The notes beneath the pieces are model-generated. The model saw nothing but the letters and a program-made list of their open reading frames with translations. It was not told the DNA's origin and ran no database searches. The position numbers and the translations under genes were made by a program. Source: an uncultured Methanosarcinales archaeon (GTDB taxonomy: Archaea > Nanobdellota > Nanobdellia > Woesearchaeales > DSVV01). From it: a stretch of 59,018 nucleotides of DNA. The stretch covers positions 1-59,018 of the forward strand of contig CAZQHZ010000007.1 of NCBI GenBank assembly GCA_964593285.1. The letters run 5' to 3'. Shown piece by piece: positions 50,148 to 59,018 of this stretch (positions within the stretch are counted from its first letter, which is position 1; the number at the start of each line of letters is the position of its first letter).

Positions 50148-50930
50148 ATGGGGTTTTTGTCAATATTTAAAAAACGGAAAAATATTACTTTAGATAATAG
50201 TCATGTTATTGATGAAAAGCTTGATTCTTTTGCAAATTCTGTTGCAGGTCATTTAAATATTTTAAAACATGATATAAATTTACAAAAAAAATGGGTTGAT
50301 TATTTGCATTCAATTTCAAATAAAATACATGATATGCATTCAAATCATAAAGAACTTACAAAAAATGACATGAATAATGTTAAATCATGGATTAATCATA
50401 TATTTTCTAATCAAAAAAAACAGGAAAATGATATAAAAAAGTTAGAAAATGATCTTTTAAGCATGGTTAATCAATATAAAGAAATTAGTGCTAATTTACA
50501 AAATAAATTATCTTTAATTGAACAAAATTTAGGTAAATCAAATGAAAATATTAAATCTCATTTACTTGAAATTATTAATGAAAAATTTAATGAAACTGAA
50601 AAGAAATTAAATCTATTTGAAGAAAATATAAATAAATCAACTAAAAGTGAAGTTATTGATGATAATAAATTTACAAATAATTTTAAAGATACTATGTTTA
50701 CAAATCCAGAAAGAAAATTATTAAACATATTACTTGATTTACCAGACCCAATTTCTTATTCAAAATTAGCTCAAATGACAGGTAATAGTGTAAATACTGT
50801 GCGTGTTATTATGAATTCACTTAAAAAAAAAGATGTAATTGAAGAAAATTTACTTCCTTCTGGAGAAAAATTATTTAATGCAAAAAATAAAGAAAAAATA
50901 AAGAAAATTTATAATATTGAATGCGTGTAA
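50148..50930 (+). CDS. Coiled-coil protein with C-terminal winged helix-turn-helix
   Basis: Heptad-rich middle; FTNPERKLL..L..PISYSKLAQMTGNSVNTVRVIMNSLKKKDVI HTH pattern. Confidence 0.8.
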   Translation: MGFLSIFKKRKNITLDNSHVIDEKLDSFANSVAGHLNILKHDINLQKKWVDYLHSISNKIHDMHSNHKELTKNDMNNVKSWINHIFSNQKKQENDIKKLENDLLSMVNQYKEISANLQNKLSLIEQNLGKSNENIKSHLLEIINEKFNETEKKLNLFEENINKSTKSEVIDDNKFTNNFKDTMFTNPERKLLNILLDLPDPISYSKLAQMTGNSVNTVRVIMNSLKKKDVIEENLLPSGEKLFNAKNKEKIKKIYNIECV

Positions 50931-50952
50931 ATTGTCGGGATATTCTCTTAAT

Positions 50953-51461
50953 GGCATTATAATGCCTTTTCAGCCCTTCTAGATATTTATTTTGCATTTT
51001 TATTTAATTTTGTTATAATGTTTGCAATGTTTGCAATGTTATAAATGCAATGCATTATAATGCATTTTTTATGTTTTTTAGGCATTTTTCTTTATTTTTT
51101 TAATAATGTACTCACTTTTTTGTATTTTTTATTAAAAATTCATTGATTTTTTTATCATTTTTAATATTTTATCTAATTATTTACTTGATTTTATTAAAAA
51201 AAAGAAATTATTTGTTAAAAATCTGGCATTATACTTGTTATAATGCATTGCAACACATTATAATGCATTATAATGGCCATTGCAATGCATTATATAATGC
51301 ATTGTAATGCATTTCTTTGTTTTAACAAATGTTTTTATAAATATTTTAGCTTTTTAATTACTTATTTATAAATAAATAGTAAAAATTACATAGTTAAAAA
51401 CAAAAATCAAATTATTTTTTAGTTATTTTTTATTTAAAAGCCGTCAAATGGCATTATAATG
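50953..51461. repeat. Array of palindromic CATTRYAATG 10-mers around a T-rich spacer
   Basis: Exact copies at 50955, 51053, 51256, 51266, 51278, 51300 and 51452; degenerate copies at 51011, 51020, 51029, 51236 and 51246. Confidence 0.9.
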
Positions 51462-51818
51462 TTTTCTCAGTGGGTTTATTTATTTTATATTTTAATTTAA
51501 TTCTAATTTAATTTATTTATTATTTTACTATTTCTTAATTAGTGATTTTAATAATAGAATAACTTGCTAGCAAGAATGTTTTATTCTTCTTTAGCTTTGA
51601 AAACCGTTGTGTTTTTCAAAAAAATTTTAATTTATAAATCATTTATTGAAGAAATAATTTTTTTAATATTTAAAAATAAAATTTGTAAAGTGATTGTGTT
51701 GATTGTGTCTTTATTTTTTTATCATAGATGGTTAATTTTTGATTAACTTTTGGTTAATTTTTTAAATAATATTAAATTACTTTATTTTAAATATAATTTA
51801 TAAATTATATAGTATTGG

Positions 51819-53195
51819 GTGATTTTTATTAAAAGTAACAAATTATTTGGCACAGATGGAATACGGGGAACTTCTAATATATTTCCAATGACTGCAGACA
51901 TTGCATTAAAATTAGGGCAAGCATGTGGTAAATATTTCTCAAATAATAATTATAATGGAAATAAAAAAATAAAAGTTATAATTGGAAAAGATACAAGGGT
52001 TTCTGGGTATATTTTTGAGTATGCTTTAACTTCAGGACTATGTTCTATGGGCGTAGATGTTTATTTAGTTGGTCCAATGCCAACTCCTGCAATTGCTCAT
52101 TTAGTTAGATCATTTAATGCTGATTTTGGGATAGTAATTTCAGCATCCCACAATCCTGCAAAAGATAATGGCATAAAATTTTTTGATAATTTGGGCTATA
52201 AATTATCTGATGAAATTGAAGAAAAAATTGAATCAATGGTTTTTAGTAATAATTTTGATACTTCTAATATAAGTATTAATAAAGTTGGAAAAGCTTTTAG
52301 AATAGATGATGCAGCAGGTAGGTATATAGAATTTGCAAAAAATTCAATAAATAATCAATCATTAAAGGGTTTAAAAATTGTTCTTGATTGTGCAAATGGT
52401 GCAGCATATAAAGTTGCTCCTTTGATTTTTAGAGAACTAAGAGCAGAAGTTATTGTTTTTGCAAACAAACCTGATGGTTTTAATATAAATGAAGAATGTG
52501 GTTCATTAAATCCAAAAAATGTTATAGCTTCTGTTTTAGCAGAAAAAGCAGATATTGGTGTTTGTTTAGATGGCGATGCTGATAGAGTTATTTTAGTTGA
52601 CGATAAAGGAGAAATTGTTGATGGTGATGATATTTTAGCATTATGTGCAGTAGATTTAAAAGAGAAAAACGAGTTAGTAAATAATAAAGTTGTTGCAACA
52701 GTTATGAGTAATTTAGGTTTTGAAGAATTTTTAAAAAATAATAATATTGAAGTATTACGAACAAAAGTTGGTGATAGATATGTTATTGAAGAAATGAAAA
52801 ATTCTAATATTGTTTTAGGTGGAGAACAATCTGGCCATATTATTTTTAAAAATTATAATACTACTGGTGATGGTACAATTGCAACATTAAAAATTTTATC
52901 AATTTTAATAAATTCTAACAAAAAGTTTTCAAAACTTAGAAAAAAAATTGAAAAATATCCTCAAATTTTATCAAGTTTTAATGTTGTAAAAAAAACACCT
53001 ATAAAAAAATTAAATTCATATAATGAAATATTAAAATTCGAAAAAGAAATAAAAAATGGTCGAGTTTTAATTAGATATTCTGGGACTGAAAATAAATGTA
53101 GAGTTATGGTTGAAGGAAAAGAAAAAAAAAATGTTGAAAAAGTTACAAATAAAATATCAAATTTAATCAAAGAAGAAATTGGTGTAAAAAAATGA
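51819..53195 (+). CDS. glmM: Phosphoglucosamine mutase (true start possibly ATT at 51828)
   Basis: LFGTDGIRG, GKDTRVSG, SASHNP..DNGIK, DGDADR, VGDRYV, GGEQSGH, RYSGTE. Confidence 0.95.
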   Translation: MIFIKSNKLFGTDGIRGTSNIFPMTADIALKLGQACGKYFSNNNYNGNKKIKVIIGKDTRVSGYIFEYALTSGLCSMGVDVYLVGPMPTPAIAHLVRSFNADFGIVISASHNPAKDNGIKFFDNLGYKLSDEIEEKIESMVFSNNFDTSNISINKVGKAFRIDDAAGRYIEFAKNSINNQSLKGLKIVLDCANGAAYKVAPLIFRELRAEVIVFANKPDGFNINEECGSLNPKNVIASVLAEKADIGVCLDGDADRVILVDDKGEIVDGDDILALCAVDLKEKNELVNNKVVATVMSNLGFEEFLKNNNIEVLRTKVGDRYVIEEMKNSNIVLGGEQSGHIIFKNYNTTGDGTIATLKILSILINSNKKFSKLRKKIEKYPQILSSFNVVKKTPIKKLNSYNEILKFEKEIKNGRVLIRYSGTENKCRVMVEGKEKKNVEKVTNKISNLIKEEIGVKK

Positions 53196-54388
53196 AAGCA
53201 GTAATTTTAGCTGGTGGAAAATCTACTAGAACATATCCATTAACCTTAACAAGGCCAAAACCTTTGTTAAAGGTTGCAAATAAAACAATTATGGAGCATA
53301 ATCTTGAACAATTAAATGGGATTGTTGATGAAGTTTTAATAATTGTTGGTTATAAAAATGAGATGATTATTAATTATTTTAAAAATCAATTTAAAAAGAT
53401 AAAAATAAAATATATTATTCAAAAAGAGCAGCTAGGAACAGGACATGCATTATTATTAGCAGAGCCTTTTTTAAAAGATAAATTTTTGGTGATGTGTGGT
53501 GATGATTTTTATTCTAAAAAAGATATTATAAAGCTAACAAAATATAATAATGCTACATTAGTTTTTGAAAAAGAAAATCCAAAAGAATTTGGTGTGTTTA
53601 TTGTTGAAAATAATAAAATAATTAATTTTATTGAAAAGCCACAAGATTTTGAAATAGGTTTGTGTAATACTTCTTGTTATATTTTAACATCAAAAGTATT
53701 TGATTTGCTAAAAAAATTAAAAAAAAGTCCTCGTGGTGAATATGAGTTAACTGATGCTGTTTTAGAATTAATTTATCAAAATGAATTTAAAATTGTAAAA
53801 GTTAAAGATTATTGGATTCCAATTTCATATTCATGGGATTTATTGAATGCTAACTCTCACTTTTTAAAAGATATTAAATCAAATATCAAAGGTATTGTTG
53901 ATAAAAGTGTAAAAGTTGATGGAAATTTAATTTTAGGAAAAGAAAGTGTAATATTACCAGGAGTTTTTATTGAGGGAAATGTAATTATTGGAAAAAATTG
54001 TAAAATTGGTCCTAATACTTATATTAGAGGTCCAACAACTATAGGTAATAATTGTAGAATTGGTCCAAGTGAAATTAAAGCAAGTATTTTTTTTGATAAT
54101 TGTAGATGTGATCATGTATCCTGTATTGGTGATTCAATTTTAGGTGAAAAAGTTCATATTGGTGCACATACTGTTGTTGCAAATTTAAGACATGATGGAA
54201 AAAGTCATAAATCTTTGATAAAAAATCAATTAATTGATACAAAAAGACGTAAGTTAGGTGTAATTTTTGGAGATAATACAGACACTGGAATTAATACTTC
54301 ATTTTATCCTGCAAGGAAAATGTGGCCAAATACTTTTACATTTCCATCTGAAGTAGTAAAAGAAGACATAATTGATAGAAAATTATAA
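53192..54388 (+). CDS. glmU: Archaeal-type bifunctional sugar-1-phosphate nucleotidylyltransferase/acetyltransferase (GlmU)
   Basis: MKAVILAGG..TR..PLT..RPKPLL, QLGTGHA, SPRGEYELTD, hexapeptide repeats, ANLRHD, RRKLG; coupled to glmM. Confidence 0.9.
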   Translation: MKAVILAGGKSTRTYPLTLTRPKPLLKVANKTIMEHNLEQLNGIVDEVLIIVGYKNEMIINYFKNQFKKIKIKYIIQKEQLGTGHALLLAEPFLKDKFLVMCGDDFYSKKDIIKLTKYNNATLVFEKENPKEFGVFIVENNKIINFIEKPQDFEIGLCNTSCYILTSKVFDLLKKLKKSPRGEYELTDAVLELIYQNEFKIVKVKDYWIPISYSWDLLNANSHFLKDIKSNIKGIVDKSVKVDGNLILGKESVILPGVFIEGNVIIGKNCKIGPNTYIRGPTTIGNNCRIGPSEIKASIFFDNCRCDHVSCIGDSILGEKVHIGAHTVVANLRHDGKSHKSLIKNQLIDTKRRKLGVIFGDNTDTGINTSFYPARKMWPNTFTFPSEVVKEDIIDRKL

Positions 54389-54417
54389 TTTGTTAGTTAG
54401 GCACTATGAATTTTTAT
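54110..54417 (+). repeat. 308-bp direct repeat, copy 1 (glmU 3' end plus 29 bp downstream)
   Basis: Identical by eye to 56764-57071. Confidence 0.93.
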
Positions 54418-54475
54418 ACTTACTATTATAAAATCATACAAAAGTATTTAAATATAAAAAAAAATTTGTTTAACA

Positions 54476-56725
54476 ATGAAAAATACTAAATCTCAAGCAT
54501 CTTTTGAATATATGTTAGTTATTGGTATTATGTTTTTTGGTGTTATTGGTGCTGTATCTTTTTTACTTGGATATTTAAATTTTACAGAAAAAGAAGTTTC
54601 TAGTGAAAAAATAAATGAAGTTTCTGAATTAATAAATAAACATTCTACAGAAGCATTTTATAGTACTGGAATTTATAAAAAAGAATTGTCATACCAAATA
54701 CCAAAAGAAGTTAATAATATATATACATATAGAAATACTGAAAATACTTCATCTTTTATTGTTTTTGAAACAAAAAATCAAAATTTTACATATGCTTTAA
54801 ATACAGTTGTTTGTGCAAATTTTAGTGAAGGAATTAGTTCTGGAAGAATTATAATTGAAAAAGGTTTTAACAATAATCATGTTAGTTTTTGTACAAGCGT
54901 TAATACTGGTGAAAAATGTAGTTGTTCTTTTTTTAAAGACTGTATTTTAGATGGTAAAATTATTGGTCATGGATTAAATGATTCTTTTTTTGAATTTAAT
55001 GAGGTTTCTTATGGTGGGAATTGTGATAGTTTAGGGTTACGAAGTTGCAATGATGGTGTTTTAGGGGGTAATGAAAGTTATAAATTTTCAAGTTGTGTTG
55101 TTTTAGAACCTTTAGATTGTATTGGTCCTAATGATGATTTAATTAATCATGGTAGCAGTAAATTATATTATGAATCAGAAATTGTACCTTTTGGTGAAAC
55201 ATGTCAAAATGAAACAAGAAATTGTTATAATGGTTCTTTAAGTGGTTCATATACTAAATTAACTTGTGAGATTACACCACAAGATATTACTCCAGATTTT
55301 TTTAATTTTGAAAATATAGATTCTTCATTATTAGATGATTTTGTATATTCAGAAATTATAACTCCATCAAATTATGATGGTCCATTAGAAGTTAATATAA
55401 CAGGTGATGGAAATCCTAAATTAAAAATAAATAGTGGTGATTGGATTACTGAAGGTTTTATGTATCTTGGAGATACATTACAATTAAGATTAACTTCGCC
55501 AACAGAAGAAAATACCACTTATAGTTCTATATTAACTTTAGGAAATTATAGTACTACTTGGAATGTTAGAACTGGTTTTTCATGTAATCTTCCGTGGGGA
55601 GAAATAATTAATCATAGTGAAAATGTAACTGCATTTAATAATTCATCTGTACCTTGTGGTTCTTTATGTATAAATGAAACAAGAACATGTGATGATGGTG
55701 TTTTAAATGGAAGCTTTACTAATCAAAGTTGCAGTGTTGTAATTTGTGAAAGTTGTACTAGTCCTTGCGGAAATACTGTAATTCATGGGGAAACTGATAC
55801 TTGTTATGAGAGATGTAGTACTTCTAGTGAAACAAGAACTTGTGATGATGGTTCATGGAATAGTTCTTTTAGTTCAGGTTATACATATTCAGAAGAAAAT
55901 CAAAATTGTAATTCATGTACTTTACCATGGGGTGGAACAATCTCTCATGGACAAAGTACAACAGCATATCACTCATCTTCAGTTCCATGTGGTTCTAGTT
56001 GTACTTCACAAACTAGAACTTGTAATGATGGTACTTTAAGTGGATCTTATGATTATCAAAGTTGTTCTGTTCAAGCATGTGCTTCTTGTTCAAGTCAAAC
56101 GTTTTCTTGGGGAAGTGGTTGTAGTGCTTCAATTTCAGCAACAAATCATGGTAATACAAGAACAATTTCTAATACTGTTTCAGGTTATACAGGTTCTGCC
56201 AGATATAGATGTAATGATGGTTCATGGACTCAAGAATGGGAAACTTGTTCTGTTAGTTGTACTCCTCAAACTTGTTCGTCTTTAGGTTATAGTTGTGGTA
56301 GTCATCCAGATGGTTGTGGTGGTACACTCAATTGTGGAGGTTGTAATTCAGGTTATTATTGTGAAAGTGGTATTTGTAAAACTTGTACATATACATGTAA
56401 TACATGGGGGAGGTGGTGTTATACAGATCCATTTAATTACCCTTATGGTGATGAATCAAAAGCAGATTATGTTTATAAATCATCATATATTGTTTGTACT
56501 TCCCCATATACTGCCGGTGGTTATGGAAGAAAATGTGAAAGCTGGGACAGTCCTTGTAGTTGTTCTAATAAGTGTACACAATGGGGTAGATATTGTTATA
56601 CTAGTGCAGACGGTAGTAGTGCAGAATTAGTTTTTTCTTCTGATTATGTAGTTTGTACAGCTCCAGATTACCCTTATGGTGGATTTCAAAGAGCATGTAA
56701 TACATATACTTTAAGTTGTAGTTAG
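54476..56725 (+). CDS. Type IV pilin-like leader Cys-rich repeat surface protein
   Basis: KSQASFEYMLVIG class III leader; repeats C.LPWG..I.HG..VPCG..C..ETRTC.DG.L.GS; DITPDFFNF domain; twin C..WGR.CYT C-terminal repeats. Confidence 0.8.
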   Translation: MKNTKSQASFEYMLVIGIMFFGVIGAVSFLLGYLNFTEKEVSSEKINEVSELINKHSTEAFYSTGIYKKELSYQIPKEVNNIYTYRNTENTSSFIVFETKNQNFTYALNTVVCANFSEGISSGRIIIEKGFNNNHVSFCTSVNTGEKCSCSFFKDCILDGKIIGHGLNDSFFEFNEVSYGGNCDSLGLRSCNDGVLGGNESYKFSSCVVLEPLDCIGPNDDLINHGSSKLYYESEIVPFGETCQNETRNCYNGSLSGSYTKLTCEITPQDITPDFFNFENIDSSLLDDFVYSEIITPSNYDGPLEVNITGDGNPKLKINSGDWITEGFMYLGDTLQLRLTSPTEENTTYSSILTLGNYSTTWNVRTGFSCNLPWGEIINHSENVTAFNNSSVPCGSLCINETRTCDDGVLNGSFTNQSCSVVICESCTSPCGNTVIHGETDTCYERCSTSSETRTCDDGSWNSSFSSGYTYSEENQNCNSCTLPWGGTISHGQSTTAYHSSSVPCGSSCTSQTRTCNDGTLSGSYDYQSCSVQACASCSSQTFSWGSGCSASISATNHGNTRTISNTVSGYTGSARYRCNDGSWTQEWETCSVSCTPQTCSSLGYSCGSHPDGCGGTLNCGGCNSGYYCESGICKTCTYTCNTWGRWCYTDPFNYPYGDESKADYVYKSSYIVCTSPYTAGGYGRKCESWDSPCSCSNKCTQWGRYCYTSADGSSAELVFSSDYVVCTAPDYPYGGFQRACNTYTLSCS

Positions 56726-56728
56726 TTT

Positions 56729-57071
56729 ATTAAAGCAATATTTTTTATGGTAATTCAAGGTGCGATCATGTATCCTGTATTGGTGATTCAATTTTAGGTG
56801 AAAAAGTTCATATTGGTGCACATACTGTTGTTGCAAATTTAAGACATGATGGAAAAAGTCATAAATCTTTGATAAAAAATCAATTAATTGATACAAAAAG
56901 ACGTAAGTTAGGTGTAATTTTTGGAGATAATACAGACACTGGAATTAATACTTCATTTTATCCTGCAAGGAAAATGTGGCCAAATACTTTTACATTTCCA
57001 TCTGAAGTAGTAAAAGAAGACATAATTGATAGAAAATTATAATTTGTTAGTTAGGCACTATGAATTTTTAT
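56729..57071 (+). pseudogene. Orphan glmU 3' fragment (repeat copy 2 at 56764-57071 plus about 35 bp of diverged leader)
   Basis: No start codon in the glmU frame; diverged 5' part reads IFYGNSRC versus IFFDNCRC and has a 1-bp deletion. Confidence 0.85.
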
Positions 57072-57091
57072 CAAATTTATTAATAAATAGC

Positions 57092-57757
57092 TTAATGTGT
57101 CTCTTTTTTTATTTTTTCAATATCATTATCAATATCTTTTAAAAGTGAATACATGTTAATTAAAGAAAAAAATACATCTTCATATAACATATCTTCTTTT
57201 AATTTTTCTAATCTATTGAATTCTTCATTTTTATGGTGGTATTGGTTATAATTTTTTTTAATATAGTTATTTGTTGCATTTTCACTTAATTTAAATATTA
57301 AATCAGAATTTTTTTTATCTTTTAATTTTATATAACTAAGTTTATTACAATAATCATCAAATGCAACTTTTCTAACTTCTAAGAATTCTTTTAATGAAAT
57401 ATCATCATTATTAATGGAAAATTCTTCAAATTTATCACTGGTTTTTTCATCATCTTTATTATTTATTTGAAAATCATTTTTTAAATCATTTTGTAGCAAA
57501 TAGTAAAAAATATTCATACTATTAAAAATTTCTTTATAAAAAATTTTATCTGATTTTTCAGATTTTAATAAATCATAATCGTCATTTAAAAAATTACTTA
57601 AATATCTTCCAGAATTATATTTTGCAGATTCAACTATAAAATTTGCAATAAATGAATCTTTTTTTTTAATTGCTTTATAAATTTCTATTCCTAAATTCTC
57701 TTCTTTGTTAACATAATTTATTATTTGATCTTTTATTTTTAATTCTAAATTATTCAT
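57092..57757 (-). CDS. Hypothetical protein
   Basis: 221-aa ORF filling the intergenic space; no recognisable motif. Confidence 0.65.
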   Translation of the reverse strand: MNNLELKIKDQIINYVNKEENLGIEIYKAIKKKDSFIANFIVESAKYNSGRYLSNFLNDDYDLLKSEKSDKIFYKEIFNSMNIFYYLLQNDLKNDFQINNKDDEKTSDKFEEFSINNDDISLKEFLEVRKVAFDDYCNKLSYIKLKDKKNSDLIFKLSENATNNYIKKNYNQYHHKNEEFNRLEKLKEDMLYEDVFFSLINMYSLLKDIDNDIEKIKKETH

Positions 57758-57876
57758 TTTAATATATTATTGTATCTATTAATATTTAAAGTTATCTTTT
57801 AATAGTGATACTAAATCTTGTTTCATTTAAAAATATTTAATAAATTTTATATATGTTGGTTTATTTTACCAAATTT

Positions 57877-59016
57877 ATGGATTATCAATTTTCTGCATTA
57901 GATATAAATTTTTTAGTTAAAGAGTTAAATACTATTTTAAATAGGGCAAAAATTGAAAAAATTTATCAGTTTAAAAAAAAAGAATTTTCTATTTTATTTC
58001 ATATCCCAAATTTAGGGAAAAAATTCTTGAGAATCTCAATTCCAAGTTTTGTCCATTTAACACAATTAAAAGAAGAAGCACCATTAAATCCTTTTCAATT
58101 TTGCTTAGCTTTACGAAAATATTTACAAAATGCATATTTAATAAATATTAAACAATTAAATTTTGAAAGAATTATTGATTTTACTTTTGATACAAAAAAT
58201 GAAGAGATGCATTTAATTATTGAATTTTTTTCTAAAGGAAATTTATTTTTAACAGATTCAAATTATATTATTAAAATACTTCTTGATCCACAAAAATGGA
58301 AAACACGAACTTTACGGGGAAATGTTTTATATGAATTTCCAAAAAAAGATTATAATCCTTTTTTGATAAATTATGAAGATTTTTCAAATTTAATTGATAA
58401 TTCTAATAAAGAATCAATAGTTAAAACCCTGGCTATAGATTTAGGTTTTGGTGGATTATATTCTGAAGAGATTTGTTTTAATGCAAAAATTGATAAAAAT
58501 AAATATTTTTTAGATGATAATGAAAAAAAAGAATTGTATAATTCAATGATTAATTTAATAAATTCAAAAATTAATGCTAATGTTTTATCTAGCACTAAAG
58601 ATGATAAAAAATTTATTCTTCCATTTAATTTAAATTCAATTGATAAAAATTTAAATTATGAACAAAAACATTTTGATTCATTTAATGAGGCATTAGATTT
58701 TGTTTTTTCAGATAATAAAATTTTAAATGCAAAAGAAGAATCAAAAAAACCTTTTGATAAAGAAAAAAACAAATTATTACTTCAAATAAAACAACAAGAA
58801 AATCATATTGAATTATTAGAAAATGAGATAAAAGAAAATACAAATAAAGGAAATATCTTGTATAATAATTATTCTAAAATAGAACCCTTCATTGAAAAAC
58901 TAAATGAATTATTAAAAAATAAATCACAAAAAGAAGTAAGAGAAATTATAAAAGATATTAAATTTATTAAAGATATTAATTTTAAAGATAAAACTGTTAT
59001 TATTGATATAGATTAA
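57877..59016 (+). CDS. NFACT/Rqc2 (RqcH) ribosome quality-control protein, N-terminal part only
   Basis: SALD...LVKEL, IEKIYQ, FCLALRKYL, FERII, EFFSKGN, LGFGGLYSEEIC, SFNEALD; stop TAA at 59014-59016. Confidence 0.85.
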   Translation: MDYQFSALDINFLVKELNTILNRAKIEKIYQFKKKEFSILFHIPNLGKKFLRISIPSFVHLTQLKEEAPLNPFQFCLALRKYLQNAYLINIKQLNFERIIDFTFDTKNEEMHLIIEFFSKGNLFLTDSNYIIKILLDPQKWKTRTLRGNVLYEFPKKDYNPFLINYEDFSNLIDNSNKESIVKTLAIDLGFGGLYSEEICFNAKIDKNKYFLDDNEKKELYNSMINLINSKINANVLSSTKDDKKFILPFNLNSIDKNLNYEQKHFDSFNEALDFVFSDNKILNAKEESKKPFDKEKNKLLLQIKQQENHIELLENEIKENTNKGNILYNNYSKIEPFIEKLNELLKNKSQKEVREIIKDIKFIKDINFKDKTVIIDID

Positions 59017-59018
59017 TT

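Noticed and set aside
50953..51461. CRISPR array
   Set aside because: Units are 10 bp, often abutting, with no regular unique spacers and no cas genes.
51564..51746. 60-aa ORF in the repeat-containing intergenic region
   Set aside because: TTG start, no SD, low-complexity AT-driven composition, no motif.
38378..56725. Diversity-generating retroelement (TR/VR pair) as an explanation for the repeats
   Set aside because: No reverse transcriptase, and differences between repeat copies are absent or not adenine-specific.
55785..56896. Val/Ile-rich alternate-frame ORFs over the Cys-rich adhesin and the glmU relic
   Set aside because: Frame-shifted by-products of TGT/GGT/AGT-rich codons, or antisense to the duplicated glmU segment.
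2082..58595. Numerous short antisense or alternate-frame ORFs nested in GTs, MCPs, hypE/F, che genes, gyrA, glmM and rqc2
   Set aside because: Fully overlapped by well-supported genes and lacking motifs.

Overview
Very AT-rich (roughly one-fifth GC by eye) archaeal scaffold, most consistent with a DPANN lineage such as Woesearchaeota. That call is an inference from the intron-containing archaeal initiator tRNA, GGTG(A) Shine-Dalgarno sites, archaeal-type AK6/GlmU/Rqc2, KSQ-type pilin-like leaders and gyrA. Layout: (1) 1-10.6 kb, surface glycosylation cluster (GT2, GT-C, GtrA, Dol-P-glucose synthase); (2) a large pilin-leader Cys-rich protein and tRNA-iMet with an intron; (3) 14.5-27.2 kb, a complete hypABCDEF + maturation protease + nikR set with a nicotianamine-synthase-like gene and an unannotated NifX-like ORF, interleaved with two chemoreceptors and two paralogous 63-aa proteins, with no hydrogenase structural genes visible; (4) 27.4-37.5 kb, a complete chemosensory cluster with unusual parts (stand-alone Hpt, CheD with an inserted pseudo-receiver domain, three CheC-like proteins, no cheF or archaellum genes); (5) a 4.2-kb insert bounded by a 38-bp direct repeat that carries a gingipain-like secreted protein; (6) gyrA, a DUF2341 surface protein, an AK6 fusion, and a coiled-coil/wHTH gene followed by an array of palindromic CATTRYAATG repeats (candidate origin or partition site); (7) glmM-glmU, a Cys-rich pilin-like gene bracketed by a 308-bp duplication of the glmU 3' end, and a truncated or split Rqc2. 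The three 100-N gaps have duplicated flanks and are probably scaffolding artefacts. No CRISPR array, rRNA or intact transposase was seen. Family assignments come from motif recognition, not database searches.
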